Translations under genes and position numbers: made by a program
Shown: positions 1-9,310 of the stretch, in pieces
How the letters are laid out: each line of letters starts with the position of its first letter
Numbering within the stretch: the stretch's first letter is position 1
Notes under the pieces: generated by a model
What the model was told of the DNA's origin: nothing
Seen by the model: the letters and a program-made list of their open reading frames with translations, nothing else
The model's database searches: none
NCBI GenBank assembly: GCA_963663385.2
Contig: CAXXXD010000003.1
Coordinates: forward strand, 1,344,001-1,408,000
Direction: 5' to 3'
Source of the DNA: Oceanispirochaeta sp.
Lineage (GTDB): Bacteria; Spirochaetota; Spirochaetia; DSM-2461
Length of the DNA: 64,000 nt

Positions 1-1
1 C

Positions 2-157
2 TTGACTCTGGCAAAGAGTATTGCCGATTATTTCGTTTTCTTACACGAGGGTAGAATTGTTGTAAACGATACGATGAATGCTGCCATGAATACGGATAAT
101 GAACTGTTAATGGCTTTTATAGAAGATCAGGCAATAGCCGATGATAGAAAAGAGTAG
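2..157 (+). CDS. C-terminal end of ABC transporter ATP-binding protein (MlaF-like), partial
   Basis: Frame from nt 2 reads LTLAKSIADYFVFLHEGRIV...RKE*, a typical post-H-loop ABC ATPase tail; lies directly upstream of an MlaD/MCE gene. Confidence 0.7.
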   Translation: MTLAKSIADYFVFLHEGRIVVNDTMNAAMNTDNELLMAFIEDQAIADDRKE

Positions 158-194
158 GATATTTAATTTTGCATATAACAACAGGAAGTAGCAT

Positions 195-1238
195 ATGAAA
201 TTCGGATTCAGACATGCCGACAAGTTTGTAGGTTTGTTCGTTCTTGTGGCCATCTTGTTCATCACGGCATCAGTGGTGGTGACAGGAGTCAATAAACGGT
301 GGTTTGCCCGGGAGTATGAGTATTTTACCCGTTTCAGGAGCGCCGAAGGACTCAGTGTCGGAATGGAGATAAAGCTTAGGGGATTCGGAATAGGAAAAGT
401 CAGAAGACTGACTCTGAATGATAAAAATCAGGTAGATATCACTTTTACGATTTATGACAGTTATATAGATAAAATTGTCGAAAATTCAATGATCGAACTG
501 GCGTCCAACCCGCTGGGACTGGGAGGAGGATTGAATTTCTATCCGGGCAGGGACTCTAAAGAGATAATCCCTGAATACAGTTTCATCCCCTCCAATCATA
601 CGAAAGAGGGAAAGGAGCTTCTCAGTTCAAAAAAACTGGATATGCCGGAAGGCGCTGATGCCATGGGTGCGATAATGGAGAATATAAATCCCATCCTGAG
701 CGATGTTGACAGCCTGCTCACATCCATGACAAGCCTTCTGACAACCCTGGATAGTGCTCTTATGGGTAATCAGAACAGTCCTGTAGGGGGAATGCTTCTG
801 AACCTGGAAGATACGACAGCCAACATTAATACAATCCTGCCTGTGGTAGAAGCCATTATGAAGGATGTGGACAGCATGACCGGTTCTCTGTCCGTATTGA
901 TGAAGGAACTGGAAGATCCTACCGGACTAATCCCGAAACTGATAGATCCGACAGGAACCTTCGATACAATCCTTCATGATGACAATGTTCTCTTTGATCA
1001 GCTGATTGTTCTGCTAAATGACGTCCATAACAACCTTGCCAACCTGACTGTTATTACAGGAGATCTACGGGGTATTACTCCCGAGCTGAATGCTGTTCTT
1101 GATGAAGCGACAGGAGCCTTGCGTGAGGGGGAGAAAGTACTGGAAGGGCTCTCCAACAATCCTATTCTCCGTAAGGGGATCAGTACAGAAGTTGACGCCT
1201 CCTATCAGCACGGAACCCTGAGGGATGAGGAGTTCTGA
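195..1238 (+). CDS. MlaD/MCE family protein
   Basis: N-terminal TM helix (VGLFVLVAILF), MCE motif AEGLSVGMEIKLRGFGIGKV, long helical C-terminal region. Confidence 0.85.
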   Translation: MKFGFRHADKFVGLFVLVAILFITASVVVTGVNKRWFAREYEYFTRFRSAEGLSVGMEIKLRGFGIGKVRRLTLNDKNQVDITFTIYDSYIDKIVENSMIELASNPLGLGGGLNFYPGRDSKEIIPEYSFIPSNHTKEGKELLSSKKLDMPEGADAMGAIMENINPILSDVDSLLTSMTSLLTTLDSALMGNQNSPVGGMLLNLEDTTANINTILPVVEAIMKDVDSMTGSLSVLMKELEDPTGLIPKLIDPTGTFDTILHDDNVLFDQLIVLLNDVHNNLANLTVITGDLRGITPELNAVLDEATGALREGEKVLEGLSNNPILRKGISTEVDASYQHGTLRDEEF

Positions 1239-1240
1239 AA

Positions 1241-2137
1241 ATGAAACAATATAGTATTATCTACCTGTTCCTGACACTGGTTTTTATCAGCTGTTCTTCC
1301 ATGCCCAAGGACGAGAAGGTTCAGAATGTTACAGCCACCCGGTCTCTTGGAGCACTTCATATTGAAAGAGGAAACAATGAATACAGGTGGAACAACTACG
1401 ATTCCGCTCTTTCTCTCTATTCCAAGGCTTTGACTCTATCTTCTTCTGTTGACTGGGAGGAGGGGATTGTCCGCAGCATGGTTCAGATAAGCCGAACCAT
1501 GGATCAACTGGGAGAAACAGAGAAGTCTCTGATCTATGCAGAAACTGCCGCAGCTTTCAGGATAGCACAGGAGTCTGAAACGCTTAGAGTCCTGACCCTG
1601 AACCGGCAGGCGGAGTGGTATTTTTATCAGAATAATACAGCTGAAGCTCTCAAGTTCCTGAATGAATCCATTAAAGTCGGTAAAAATATTAAATCGGAAG
1701 AGATTGGAGAGTCCTGGCGGATTAATGCGGCCATTCACAAAAAAAAGAAAGACTATGATACTGCTCTTACTGCAATTGAAGAGGCTGTTGAAATAGACAG
1801 GAAAGGGCTCTTCCTTGGAGAGCTGGCCAGCGATTACTATATCAGAGCATCAATTCTATCCCTTTCCGGAAAATATTCCGAAGCTATTGAATCGATGGAA
1901 CAGGCTTTAGAGAAAGATAAATTTATTGAAAATTCCGCAGGAATTGCCATGGATTTATACGGTTTGGGTCAAATTCATAAAAAAAACGGTGATTCGGAAA
2001 TAGCTTTGGACTATTTTAAACGTTTATACCTTGTATACAAGGGGGCTAATGACGGAACAGTTCCGGAATTCCTTATAGAATCCCTTAATGACCTGTCCAT
2101 TGAAACTGATTGGCTTCCTGAAATTGACATGCCTTAA
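1241..2137 (+). CDS. TPR-repeat lipoprotein
   Basis: Lipobox-like VFISC then repeated TPR-like helices (YDSALSLYSKAL, YSEAIESMEQAL); 2 nt after the mlaD-like stop. Confidence 0.75.
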   Translation: MKQYSIIYLFLTLVFISCSSMPKDEKVQNVTATRSLGALHIERGNNEYRWNNYDSALSLYSKALTLSSSVDWEEGIVRSMVQISRTMDQLGETEKSLIYAETAAAFRIAQESETLRVLTLNRQAEWYFYQNNTAEALKFLNESIKVGKNIKSEEIGESWRINAAIHKKKKDYDTALTAIEEAVEIDRKGLFLGELASDYYIRASILSLSGKYSEAIESMEQALEKDKFIENSAGIAMDLYGLGQIHKKNGDSEIALDYFKRLYLVYKGANDGTVPEFLIESLNDLSIETDWLPEIDMP

Positions 2138-2206
2138 GATATTGTAACAAAAAAGCATATTCTATAGTATTACGTTAACACAAATACTTATAAAAAGGAT
2201 AGAGAT

Positions 2207-4366
2207 ATGCTTGGATTTATCGTAATCGTTGTAATCGGTGCATTGGCTTTTGCCGCACTGAATTACAGCGCGGTGAAGAAAAAAGACGCCGGTACAGAAC
2301 AGATGCAGACTATTGCCGGTGCAATTGAAGAAGGGGCGGACGCCTTTCTGCGGCATGAGTACAAACTGATTTTCAAAATCGTTGTCATCATTGCTGTTCT
2401 TCTTCTGGTCGTTGTATCCTGGTACGCCAGTGTTTCCTTTATCATCGGAACCATTATGAGCGCCAGTGCCGGATGGATCGGGATGAAAATCGCGACTATT
2501 TCAAATGTCAGGGTTTCCAACACTGCGAAGGAGACAAAGAGTATCGGCGCCACTCTGAAAGTAGCTTTTCAGGGTGGTAGTGTAATGGGACTATCAGTAG
2601 GAGGTTTTTCCCTTCTTGGCCTGGCCATTATCTACTTCGTATTCGGAATACTTCTTGGACAGACAAAACCTGATCATCTGGTGATAGTAACAAATTGGCT
2701 GGGTATTAATGATATCCCCTTTACCATGACGGTTTCAGGTTATGCTCTTGGTTGTTCCATCATTGCCATGTTCAACCGTGTTGGAGGCGGTATCTATACA
2801 AAAGCAGCCGATATGGGCGCCGATCTTGTTGGAAAGACAGAGGCCGGTATCCCCGAAGATGATCCCCGTAACCCTGCAACCATTGCGGACAATGTGGGTG
2901 ATAATGTGGGTGATGTAGCCGGTTTGGGATCCGACCTGCTGGAAAGTTTTGTAGGTGCGGTAATTTCCGCCATGGTTCTGGCATCCTATATCTACTTCTC
3001 TTCCAGTCATTCCGCAAATCCTGTATCCGGTGAGCTTGTCGGGACATTGATCACTTACCCAATCGTATTTGCTTCTGCCGGTCTTGTTTCCTCCATGCTG
3101 GGTATTTTCATTCTCCTGAAAAGTAAAGTTTCCGATAAACCTCATAAAGAACTGAATAAGGCAACCTTTATAGCAGCAGGATTGACGATCCTTATCAACG
3201 GAGTCCTCACCTGGATGATTTTCAACGGGATTGATGTATCTGCCGCAGGCTTTATGCTGGGCGCCCTGTCTCCCTGGATATGTGCTGTTCTTGGTGTTGT
3301 CAGCGGAATCCTGATCGGACAGATGGCAGAACGTTATACCAGCTATGATTTCAATCCCACCAAGGGAATTGCTGCAGCCTCCAAGGAGGGGCCTGCTCTT
3401 ACTATTACTCAGGGTATGGCCGTCGGTATGAAATCCGTTATTGCTCCTGTAATAACTCTTGGTGTAGCCATTATTGCCGCTCATTCCGTTGCCGGACTCT
3501 ACGGGGTTGCCATGGCAGCTATCGGAATGCTTTCATTCGTAACCATGACTGTATCCGTAGATACCTACGGTCCCATTGCGGATAATGCAGGCGGTATCAG
3601 CGAAATGGCTCATCTGGATCCCGAAGTCCGTGAAATCACAGACGAACTGGATGCCGTAGGAAATACGACAGCGGCTATTGGTAAAGGGTTCGCTATCGGA
3701 AGTGCCGCTCTGGCCGCACTCTCCCTGTTTGCCTCCTACCTGTATGCTCAAGCCGGTGAATCCGCTGCAGATGGAATCAACCTTGTTCTGAATATGATCA
3801 ACACCATGACCCTGGCCGGAGCCCTGGTAGGAGCAGCCCTTCCGTACCTGTTTTCCGGAATCCTTATTGAATCAGTGGCAAATGCAGCCAGAAGCATGGT
3901 TCAGGAAGTACGCCGTCAGTTCTCTGAAAAGCCTGGTATTCTGACAGGTGACGATACCCCTGATTACAGGGAGTGTATTTCCATCTCCTCCGCAGGTGCA
4001 CTTAAAGAGATGAAAATTCCCGCACTGCTTTCTGTTGTAATGCCACTGGCAAGCGGTTTCATCTTTGGTCCCGAATTTGTCGGCGGTCTCCTGATCGGTA
4101 CAACCCTCAGCGCTATTATGCTGGCTCTCTATACAGCCAATGCCGGTGGTGCCTGGGATAACGGCAAAAAATATATTGAAAACGGCCACTACGGCGGAAA
4201 GGGCTCTGATGCCCATAGCGCTGCTGTTATCGGTGATACTGTTGGAGACCCCCTGAAAGATACTGTTGGTCCTTCTCTGGATATACTGATAAAGATAATG
4301 TCTGTCATCTCCCTGATTTCCGTTTCCATATTCGGAAAATTCAACCTTTTTTCACTGTTGTTTTAA
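2207..4366 (+). CDS. hppA: Membrane-bound K+-dependent, probably Na+-translocating pyrophosphatase
   Basis: GGGIYTKAADMGADLVGK, EDDPRNP, DNVGDNVGD, GNTTAA, GDTVGDPLKD motifs; many TM helices. Confidence 0.95.
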   Translation: MLGFIVIVVIGALAFAALNYSAVKKKDAGTEQMQTIAGAIEEGADAFLRHEYKLIFKIVVIIAVLLLVVVSWYASVSFIIGTIMSASAGWIGMKIATISNVRVSNTAKETKSIGATLKVAFQGGSVMGLSVGGFSLLGLAIIYFVFGILLGQTKPDHLVIVTNWLGINDIPFTMTVSGYALGCSIIAMFNRVGGGIYTKAADMGADLVGKTEAGIPEDDPRNPATIADNVGDNVGDVAGLGSDLLESFVGAVISAMVLASYIYFSSSHSANPVSGELVGTLITYPIVFASAGLVSSMLGIFILLKSKVSDKPHKELNKATFIAAGLTILINGVLTWMIFNGIDVSAAGFMLGALSPWICAVLGVVSGILIGQMAERYTSYDFNPTKGIAAASKEGPALTITQGMAVGMKSVIAPVITLGVAIIAAHSVAGLYGVAMAAIGMLSFVTMTVSVDTYGPIADNAGGISEMAHLDPEVREITDELDAVGNTTAAIGKGFAIGSAALAALSLFASYLYAQAGESAADGINLVLNMINTMTLAGALVGAALPYLFSGILIESVANAARSMVQEVRRQFSEKPGILTGDDTPDYRECISISSAGALKEMKIPALLSVVMPLASGFIFGPEFVGGLLIGTTLSAIMLALYTANAGGAWDNGKKYIENGHYGGKGSDAHSAAVIGDTVGDPLKDTVGPSLDILIKIMSVISLISVSIFGKFNLFSLLF

Positions 4367-4401
4367 TCAGCAGCATACTATATTTGAATTAGGAGTCTAT
4401 T

Positions 4402-5172
4402 ATGGCATTACATTATTATATGACAGTTTTTCCCATGGAAGCATTGGTTGCGTCACAGCTTGAACCCGAACACTTCGCCTCGTATATGGCTCTGGGTGAT
4501 AAAAAAGCTGCAGCGGAACAACTGATGTTTGTAGAAATTGAAGGCGGTTTCGGTAAATACTTTGACTGGGAATTTGCTGAAAGAAAGTGTGTTCCCCATT
4601 CTGACGGGCGTCCAAAAAACTCCCTGTACCTGAGCGTTTATCGGGTCCTCGAAAATATTCAACTTACAGCAATGGGCAGTCTTTACCTTGTTACCAAGGA
4701 CGGACGCTCTCTGGTTCTGGAGAAGAAGGGGTATTCTGCTCCGGCAAACTGGAAAGGATATGCACTCTACAGAGAGTACTGTCCCATGTCTCCTCTGGCC
4801 GTCAGCTCGCTGGATCCCAAAAAATACGGCGAGCATATGACTGAGGAAAATAACAAAGTCCATGTTCCAACACTGTTCTTTGCGGATCTTAAACTGGGCA
4901 ATGTGGATAATATTGAAGAAAGCGGCAACGTAGGACAAATCTATGACAAGAATCTGGAGCATCTCCAGAGCTGTGTTCATGCCCTTCAGGCAGGAAAAGG
5001 GAAAATGACTAAGATTGTCGACCGGTCAAACTTCAATTCCTCTTTTTATCAGATTATCGATAATGGTCTTTATATATCCAGCGGGGATGACATTATAATG
5101 TATCCCATGCCTTCACGGGATGAGCTGAAAAAGATCGATTACGACTGGGGACGTTCCGCCCTGATTTTTTAA
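4402..5172 (+). CDS. Hypothetical protein with an internally duplicated ~120-aa domain
   Basis: 256-aa ORF with AGGAG RBS, 35 nt after hppA, followed by a terminator; internal repeat visible by eye. Confidence 0.85.
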   Translation: MALHYYMTVFPMEALVASQLEPEHFASYMALGDKKAAAEQLMFVEIEGGFGKYFDWEFAERKCVPHSDGRPKNSLYLSVYRVLENIQLTAMGSLYLVTKDGRSLVLEKKGYSAPANWKGYALYREYCPMSPLAVSSLDPKKYGEHMTEENNKVHVPTLFFADLKLGNVDNIEESGNVGQIYDKNLEHLQSCVHALQAGKGKMTKIVDRSNFNSSFYQIIDNGLYISSGDDIIMYPMPSRDELKKIDYDWGRSALIF

Positions 5173-5220
5173 CATTATAGGGTGCTGGTTTCACCAACCA
5201 GTGCTCTCTGAACTGATTCG

Positions 5221-5250
5221 AATCCCGGCAATACTCTGCCGGGATTTTTT
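5221..5250 (+). terminator. Rho-independent terminator of the hppA operon
   Basis: aatcccggca-atactc-tgccgggatt followed by a T run. Confidence 0.8.
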
Positions 5251-5313
5251 ATTTTAAAGAATAAGAAAATTTGTTATATTAACTAAGGAACAAGCTAAAT
5301 CGGGGGGGGGTAT

Positions 5314-6423
5314 ATGGAGATACATAAAGAGCTGGTGTTTATCAGGAATTTGCTGCTGCTTTCGGTAGGAATCGGGGGACTGGTTATAATGAAAACCCTC
5401 TCAGGAATTCTTCTTCCTCTCGTACTGGCTATGATGCTCTCTATCATTTACCTCCCGGTAGTTATGTATCTTGAATCCAAGCATATCCCGGGGAAACTGA
5501 TTGTGCCCATAATAGCCATTGGAACTCTGGGCATTATCTATTCAGTTACAAATATTTTTATCGCCACTATTACAGATATCATCGGGCAAATGGATTTTCT
5601 TATAGAAAAGCTGACTCAGAAATTCCTCTTAATCGGTGATCTGGTTTCCAGGATACCCTATCTGAAGCTGGATACACAGGTCCTTCTTGAAGGGCTGAAC
5701 TCCCTCCTGAGCAGGGACGCCATCACAACCTCAGCATCTTCCATTGTCAAGGGGGCGGGGAATTTCGGGTCCTCCTTTCTGATGTTCACGCTCTACTTTC
5801 TCTTTCTCCTCCCGGGCATTTCACATTATAAAAACTATGTGAAATACGTTGGAGGGGATAACCTTACGCTTCTGGATGATATAGAGACACTCCAGAAGAA
5901 CGTTTCCACCTATATGGGTATTAAAACGGTTATAAGCCTGACAACAGGTATTATTGCGGGTGTATTCTGCAGCATTATGGATTTAAAGTTTGCCTTTTTC
6001 TGGGGGTTCCTCACCTTTATCCTGAACTTTATACCTTCCATCGGATCAATTATCGCAACAGTAATCCCTTCCATTTTTGGTTTAATCCAGTTCGATTCCT
6101 TCCAGCAGATACTGCTTCTCTTTGCCTTACTGGGGGTAAATCAGATCATTATCGGTAACGTTATTGATCCTAAAGTAATGGGGAACAGGCTTCGTCTTAA
6201 CACGGTAACAGTACTCTTCGGCTTGGTTTTCTGGGGAGTTATCTGGGGTATTCCGGGTATGCTTATGTCAGTTCCCCTTTTGGTTACGGTAAAACTGCTT
6301 CTGGAAAAATCCCATGCCTGGAGTATCGTAGCGAGGGTTATGGGTTACCCGGAAAGAACGAAACATCCTACCGATTCCAGACTGAAATGGCTGAAAAAAA
6401 GGAATGGAGACAAAAAAGCCTAG
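5314..6423 (+). CDS. AI-2E family transporter
   Basis: Hydrophobic protein with LNFIPSIG and GNVIDPKVMG..L.L...VLFGLVFWGVIWGIPGMLMSVPL signatures. Confidence 0.9.
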   Translation: MEIHKELVFIRNLLLLSVGIGGLVIMKTLSGILLPLVLAMMLSIIYLPVVMYLESKHIPGKLIVPIIAIGTLGIIYSVTNIFIATITDIIGQMDFLIEKLTQKFLLIGDLVSRIPYLKLDTQVLLEGLNSLLSRDAITTSASSIVKGAGNFGSSFLMFTLYFLFLLPGISHYKNYVKYVGGDNLTLLDDIETLQKNVSTYMGIKTVISLTTGIIAGVFCSIMDLKFAFFWGFLTFILNFIPSIGSIIATVIPSIFGLIQFDSFQQILLLFALLGVNQIIIGNVIDPKVMGNRLRLNTVTVLFGLVFWGVIWGIPGMLMSVPLLVTVKLLLEKSHAWSIVARVMGYPERTKHPTDSRLKWLKKRNGDKKA

Positions 6424-6481
6424 ATTGAATTTTTCCTGTTCTTTGATTATGATGATGGCATCTTTTTGACAGGAGTCAACC

Positions 6482-7495
6482 ATGACCATCGATTCTCTCT
6501 ATGAGAAACTTAATAAGATTAAATTCGGAGAGATGCCTGAAGAGCATCTACGTTCTCTTTGCGAACGCTTCTTTCCAACCATACGCGAAATTGAAGAGTT
6601 AAAAAAAGAAACCGATACGGTCATCCTGGCTCATTCCTATGTAAAATCCAACATTATCTACTCCGTATCCGACTATGTGGGAGATTCCTATGAACTGAGT
6701 AAAAATGCCATGGAAGCGGAACAGAAGCGGATTATTTTTGCAGCAGTCCGCTTTATGGGAGAAACAGCCAAAATTCTGAGTCCCCAGAAGGATGTGCTGA
6801 TCCCCGGAACAAACCCGGCCTGCACACTGGCTGACAGTATTACAACCGAAGATATGCAGAAGCTCAGAAAAGAATACCCGGACTACTCCTTTCTCTGCTA
6901 TATCAATACTACAGCCGAAGTAAAGGCTGAGTGCGATGCCTGTGTTACCTCGGCCAATGTCTACGATATTGTTGAAAAATATCCCTCTGATAAAATCTAT
7001 TTTGTTCCTGACCGTTTAATGGGGCAGAATATTATTGAGGAGATGGAAAAACGCCGGATAAAGAAGGATATTAAGGTCTGGAGCGGTTCCTGCTATGCTC
7101 ATGAAGAGTATACCCCGGAAATGATTGAAGCACTCAGAATGAAGTACAGCGATCTGACTGTAATGGTTCATCCGGAATGCTCTCCCCAGGTCCTGCAGCA
7201 GGCGGATTTTGTAGGCAGTACCTCGCAGCTCTATAATTATATTAAGGACCTGAACCGGGGTCATTTTCTTATGCTTACCGAATGCGGACTTATATCCAGA
7301 ATTGAAGCTGAGATGCCCGAAAAGATGTTTGTCGGGACATGTGCCCTCTGCAAATATATGAAGTCCAATACCCTGGATGACATATTAAGGGTTTTAAAGA
7401 ATCCCCTTCCATCGGATTATGTAGAGATAGATGAGGATATCAGGCGAAAGGCTCAAATAAGCATTAACAGGATGTTTGAAATCGCCGAATCCTGA
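6482..7495 (+). CDS. nadA: Quinolinate synthase
   Basis: ILAHSY, GDSYELS, FMGETAKIL, ACTLAD, YINT, CYAH, HPEC, GSTS, CKYMK; Fe-S cysteines present. Confidence 0.93.
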   Translation: MTIDSLYEKLNKIKFGEMPEEHLRSLCERFFPTIREIEELKKETDTVILAHSYVKSNIIYSVSDYVGDSYELSKNAMEAEQKRIIFAAVRFMGETAKILSPQKDVLIPGTNPACTLADSITTEDMQKLRKEYPDYSFLCYINTTAEVKAECDACVTSANVYDIVEKYPSDKIYFVPDRLMGQNIIEEMEKRRIKKDIKVWSGSCYAHEEYTPEMIEALRMKYSDLTVMVHPECSPQVLQQADFVGSTSQLYNYIKDLNRGHFLMLTECGLISRIEAEMPEKMFVGTCALCKYMKSNTLDDILRVLKNPLPSDYVEIDEDIRRKAQISINRMFEIAES

Positions 7496-7679
7496 TCCGT
7501 AATTAAACTTTTAGGAGTGGGGATCCCGCCTCTAGGCAGGGATTTCCATCACCGGTGTTTCCATGCAGCAGGATAGAACAGCCTGTACCGGAACCGTGAT
7601 GAAGAATATTCCCGTTTTCCCTTTGACAGTCGGGTAGGGTTATTGCTGAAAAAATAACAAATAAGAGCCGGTCCCTCTG

Positions 7680-8111
7680 TCATTGTTCATGAACCAGTTT
7701 TCCTTTTATCCTGTTAAGCAGAGTAGAGCTATAGTGCTCCCTTTTGTATGGAGGCAGGCGTTTAATATGAATTTTCATATGATGCTCCTTCAACCATTGT
7801 CTGAGATTTTCTTCCAGAGCTGTCTGATCATGCCCCAGACAGATAATGTCCGGCTGAACCTCCTTAAGGATTCCATAGGTTCCTATTTCTTCATCAGCCA
7901 GAAATGCATCATAAACAAGGGGATGGTTTTTTATACTCTGTAAGCGCCTGCTTTCATTATGAAGGGGAGTCTTATGTTTGAATCCCTGTACAAATTTATC
8001 TCTCGCAACTATAACAATAAGGCATTTGCCATGTTTAGCTGCCTTTTCCAGGAAAAACTCATGCCCCGGATGAATATTATCAAAAGTACCGAATACTAAT
8101 ACATATTTCAT
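7680..8111 (-). CDS. Cytidylyltransferase-family nucleotidyltransferase resembling archaeal-type FAD synthase (RibL-like)
   Basis: FGTFDNIHPGH (HxGH), VARD, PDIICLGHDQ, YSST; start moved to the ATG at 8111 (MKYVLVF). Confidence 0.75.
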   Translation of the reverse strand: MKYVLVFGTFDNIHPGHEFFLEKAAKHGKCLIVIVARDKFVQGFKHKTPLHNESRRLQSIKNHPLVYDAFLADEEIGTYGILKEVQPDIICLGHDQTALEENLRQWLKEHHMKIHIKRLPPYKREHYSSTLLNRIKGKLVHEQ

Positions 8112-8515
8112 GAATAAACCTTTCTTAACAGAGGGTATAATACCAGAAACCCGAACCATAAGAAAGCCCTGATATTCCTCAAAAATGTGACTGCGAATAT
8201 ATAAATGAAAGGAGAATCATGGAAAAGAAAAAAAAATGGTGATTTTTTTGTAGAGAAAAAATAGTGAAATTGTTAAAAGAAACCGGCATTTACTAGTTAT
8301 TGCCCTCATTAATTCCTGTCCAAACCTTATAGAAAACTGTTATTTGTTTATTTTTCATTCTATAAACTGACAATTTAAGTGTTGTTTGACTTTAAAGTGA
8401 GCATACCATGAAGATCCTGTGAAGGGTCATGAATGTTCACTATTTGTCATAACAGGATCAGAAGGGTTATATTGAAATCAGATAAAAACAGAAAATTATT
8501 TTTGGGAGGATATAT

Positions 8516-9067
8516 ATGCAAGTACTGAAAGAATCCGTTAGACAGAGGATCGTAACATCAGCCCGGAAAGAGTTCCGGAAAAAAAGTTTTGAGAAAGCAT
8601 CAATGAGAGCCATCGCTTCATCCGCCGGGATGACAGTCGGCAACCTCTACCGCTACTATAAAAACAAGGAAGACCTGTTCGGCTCAATCATAGAACCCCT
8701 TTATAAATCCCTTCAGGGATTAAAGAAGGAAATACAGACTGTGGAAGGAGACAAGATTTCCTGGCTTCTGACTCAGCTGAAGGATTTACAGAAAGAGTAC
8801 AGAATTGAATGGCTGATTCTGTCAGCCGGATCTCAGGGCTCCAAATACGAAAAAGCCCTGGACAATGTTTATGCTCTGCTTCAGACTACAATCAAGGAAG
8901 TCCTGACAGAAAACAACAAACAGTCCAGCCTGGCAGCTCCGGTTGCGTCTGCCATTCTTCACGGTTTGAGAACAATTCTTCAAACCGAAAAGAAGAACTC
9001 TCCCGAAGTTGTGGATGAGTTCCTGCAGTTCATGATGTCAGATATGATCAAAAGAGTAGCTTCATAA
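8516..9067 (+). CDS. TetR/AcrR family transcriptional regulator
   Basis: N-terminal HTH ASMRAIASSAGMTVGNLYRYYKNKEDLF; GGAGG RBS. Confidence 0.92.
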   Translation: MQVLKESVRQRIVTSARKEFRKKSFEKASMRAIASSAGMTVGNLYRYYKNKEDLFGSIIEPLYKSLQGLKKEIQTVEGDKISWLLTQLKDLQKEYRIEWLILSAGSQGSKYEKALDNVYALLQTTIKEVLTENNKQSSLAAPVASAILHGLRTILQTEKKNSPEVVDEFLQFMMSDMIKRVAS

Positions 9068-9104
9068 AGTTTCTAAATATTACAGAAAATATTTAAACTA
9101 TTGC

Positions 9105-9132
9105 AAAACCGGCCTGTAAGGCCGGTTTTTTT
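9105..9132 (+). terminator. Rho-independent terminator after the tetR-like gene
   Basis: aaaaccggcc-tgtaa-ggccggtttt followed by more T. Confidence 0.85.
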
Positions 9133-9146
9133 CTGCCCTTGAATTG

Positions 9147-9310
9147 CCTCCCTCCAAAGGAGGGAGGCCGAATTGATGTCTCCCCTTAGTCAACTATAAA
9201 GAGGGGCCAGGAGCGCTAACTGGTAAAACCCTCTCCCCTTAATCCCCCTGGTCGTATGCTTCGTTTACTGCTCGGGAATGTAACCTTCCTCTCCCAGAGG
9301 GAGAGGGGGT
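9147..9310. repeat. Cluster of BoxC/REP-like purine-pyrimidine palindromes
   Basis: gcctccctcc-aaa-ggagggaggc; ctcccctt...aagaggggccagg; cctctcccagagggagaggggg; related copy at 34480-34525. Confidence 0.6.
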
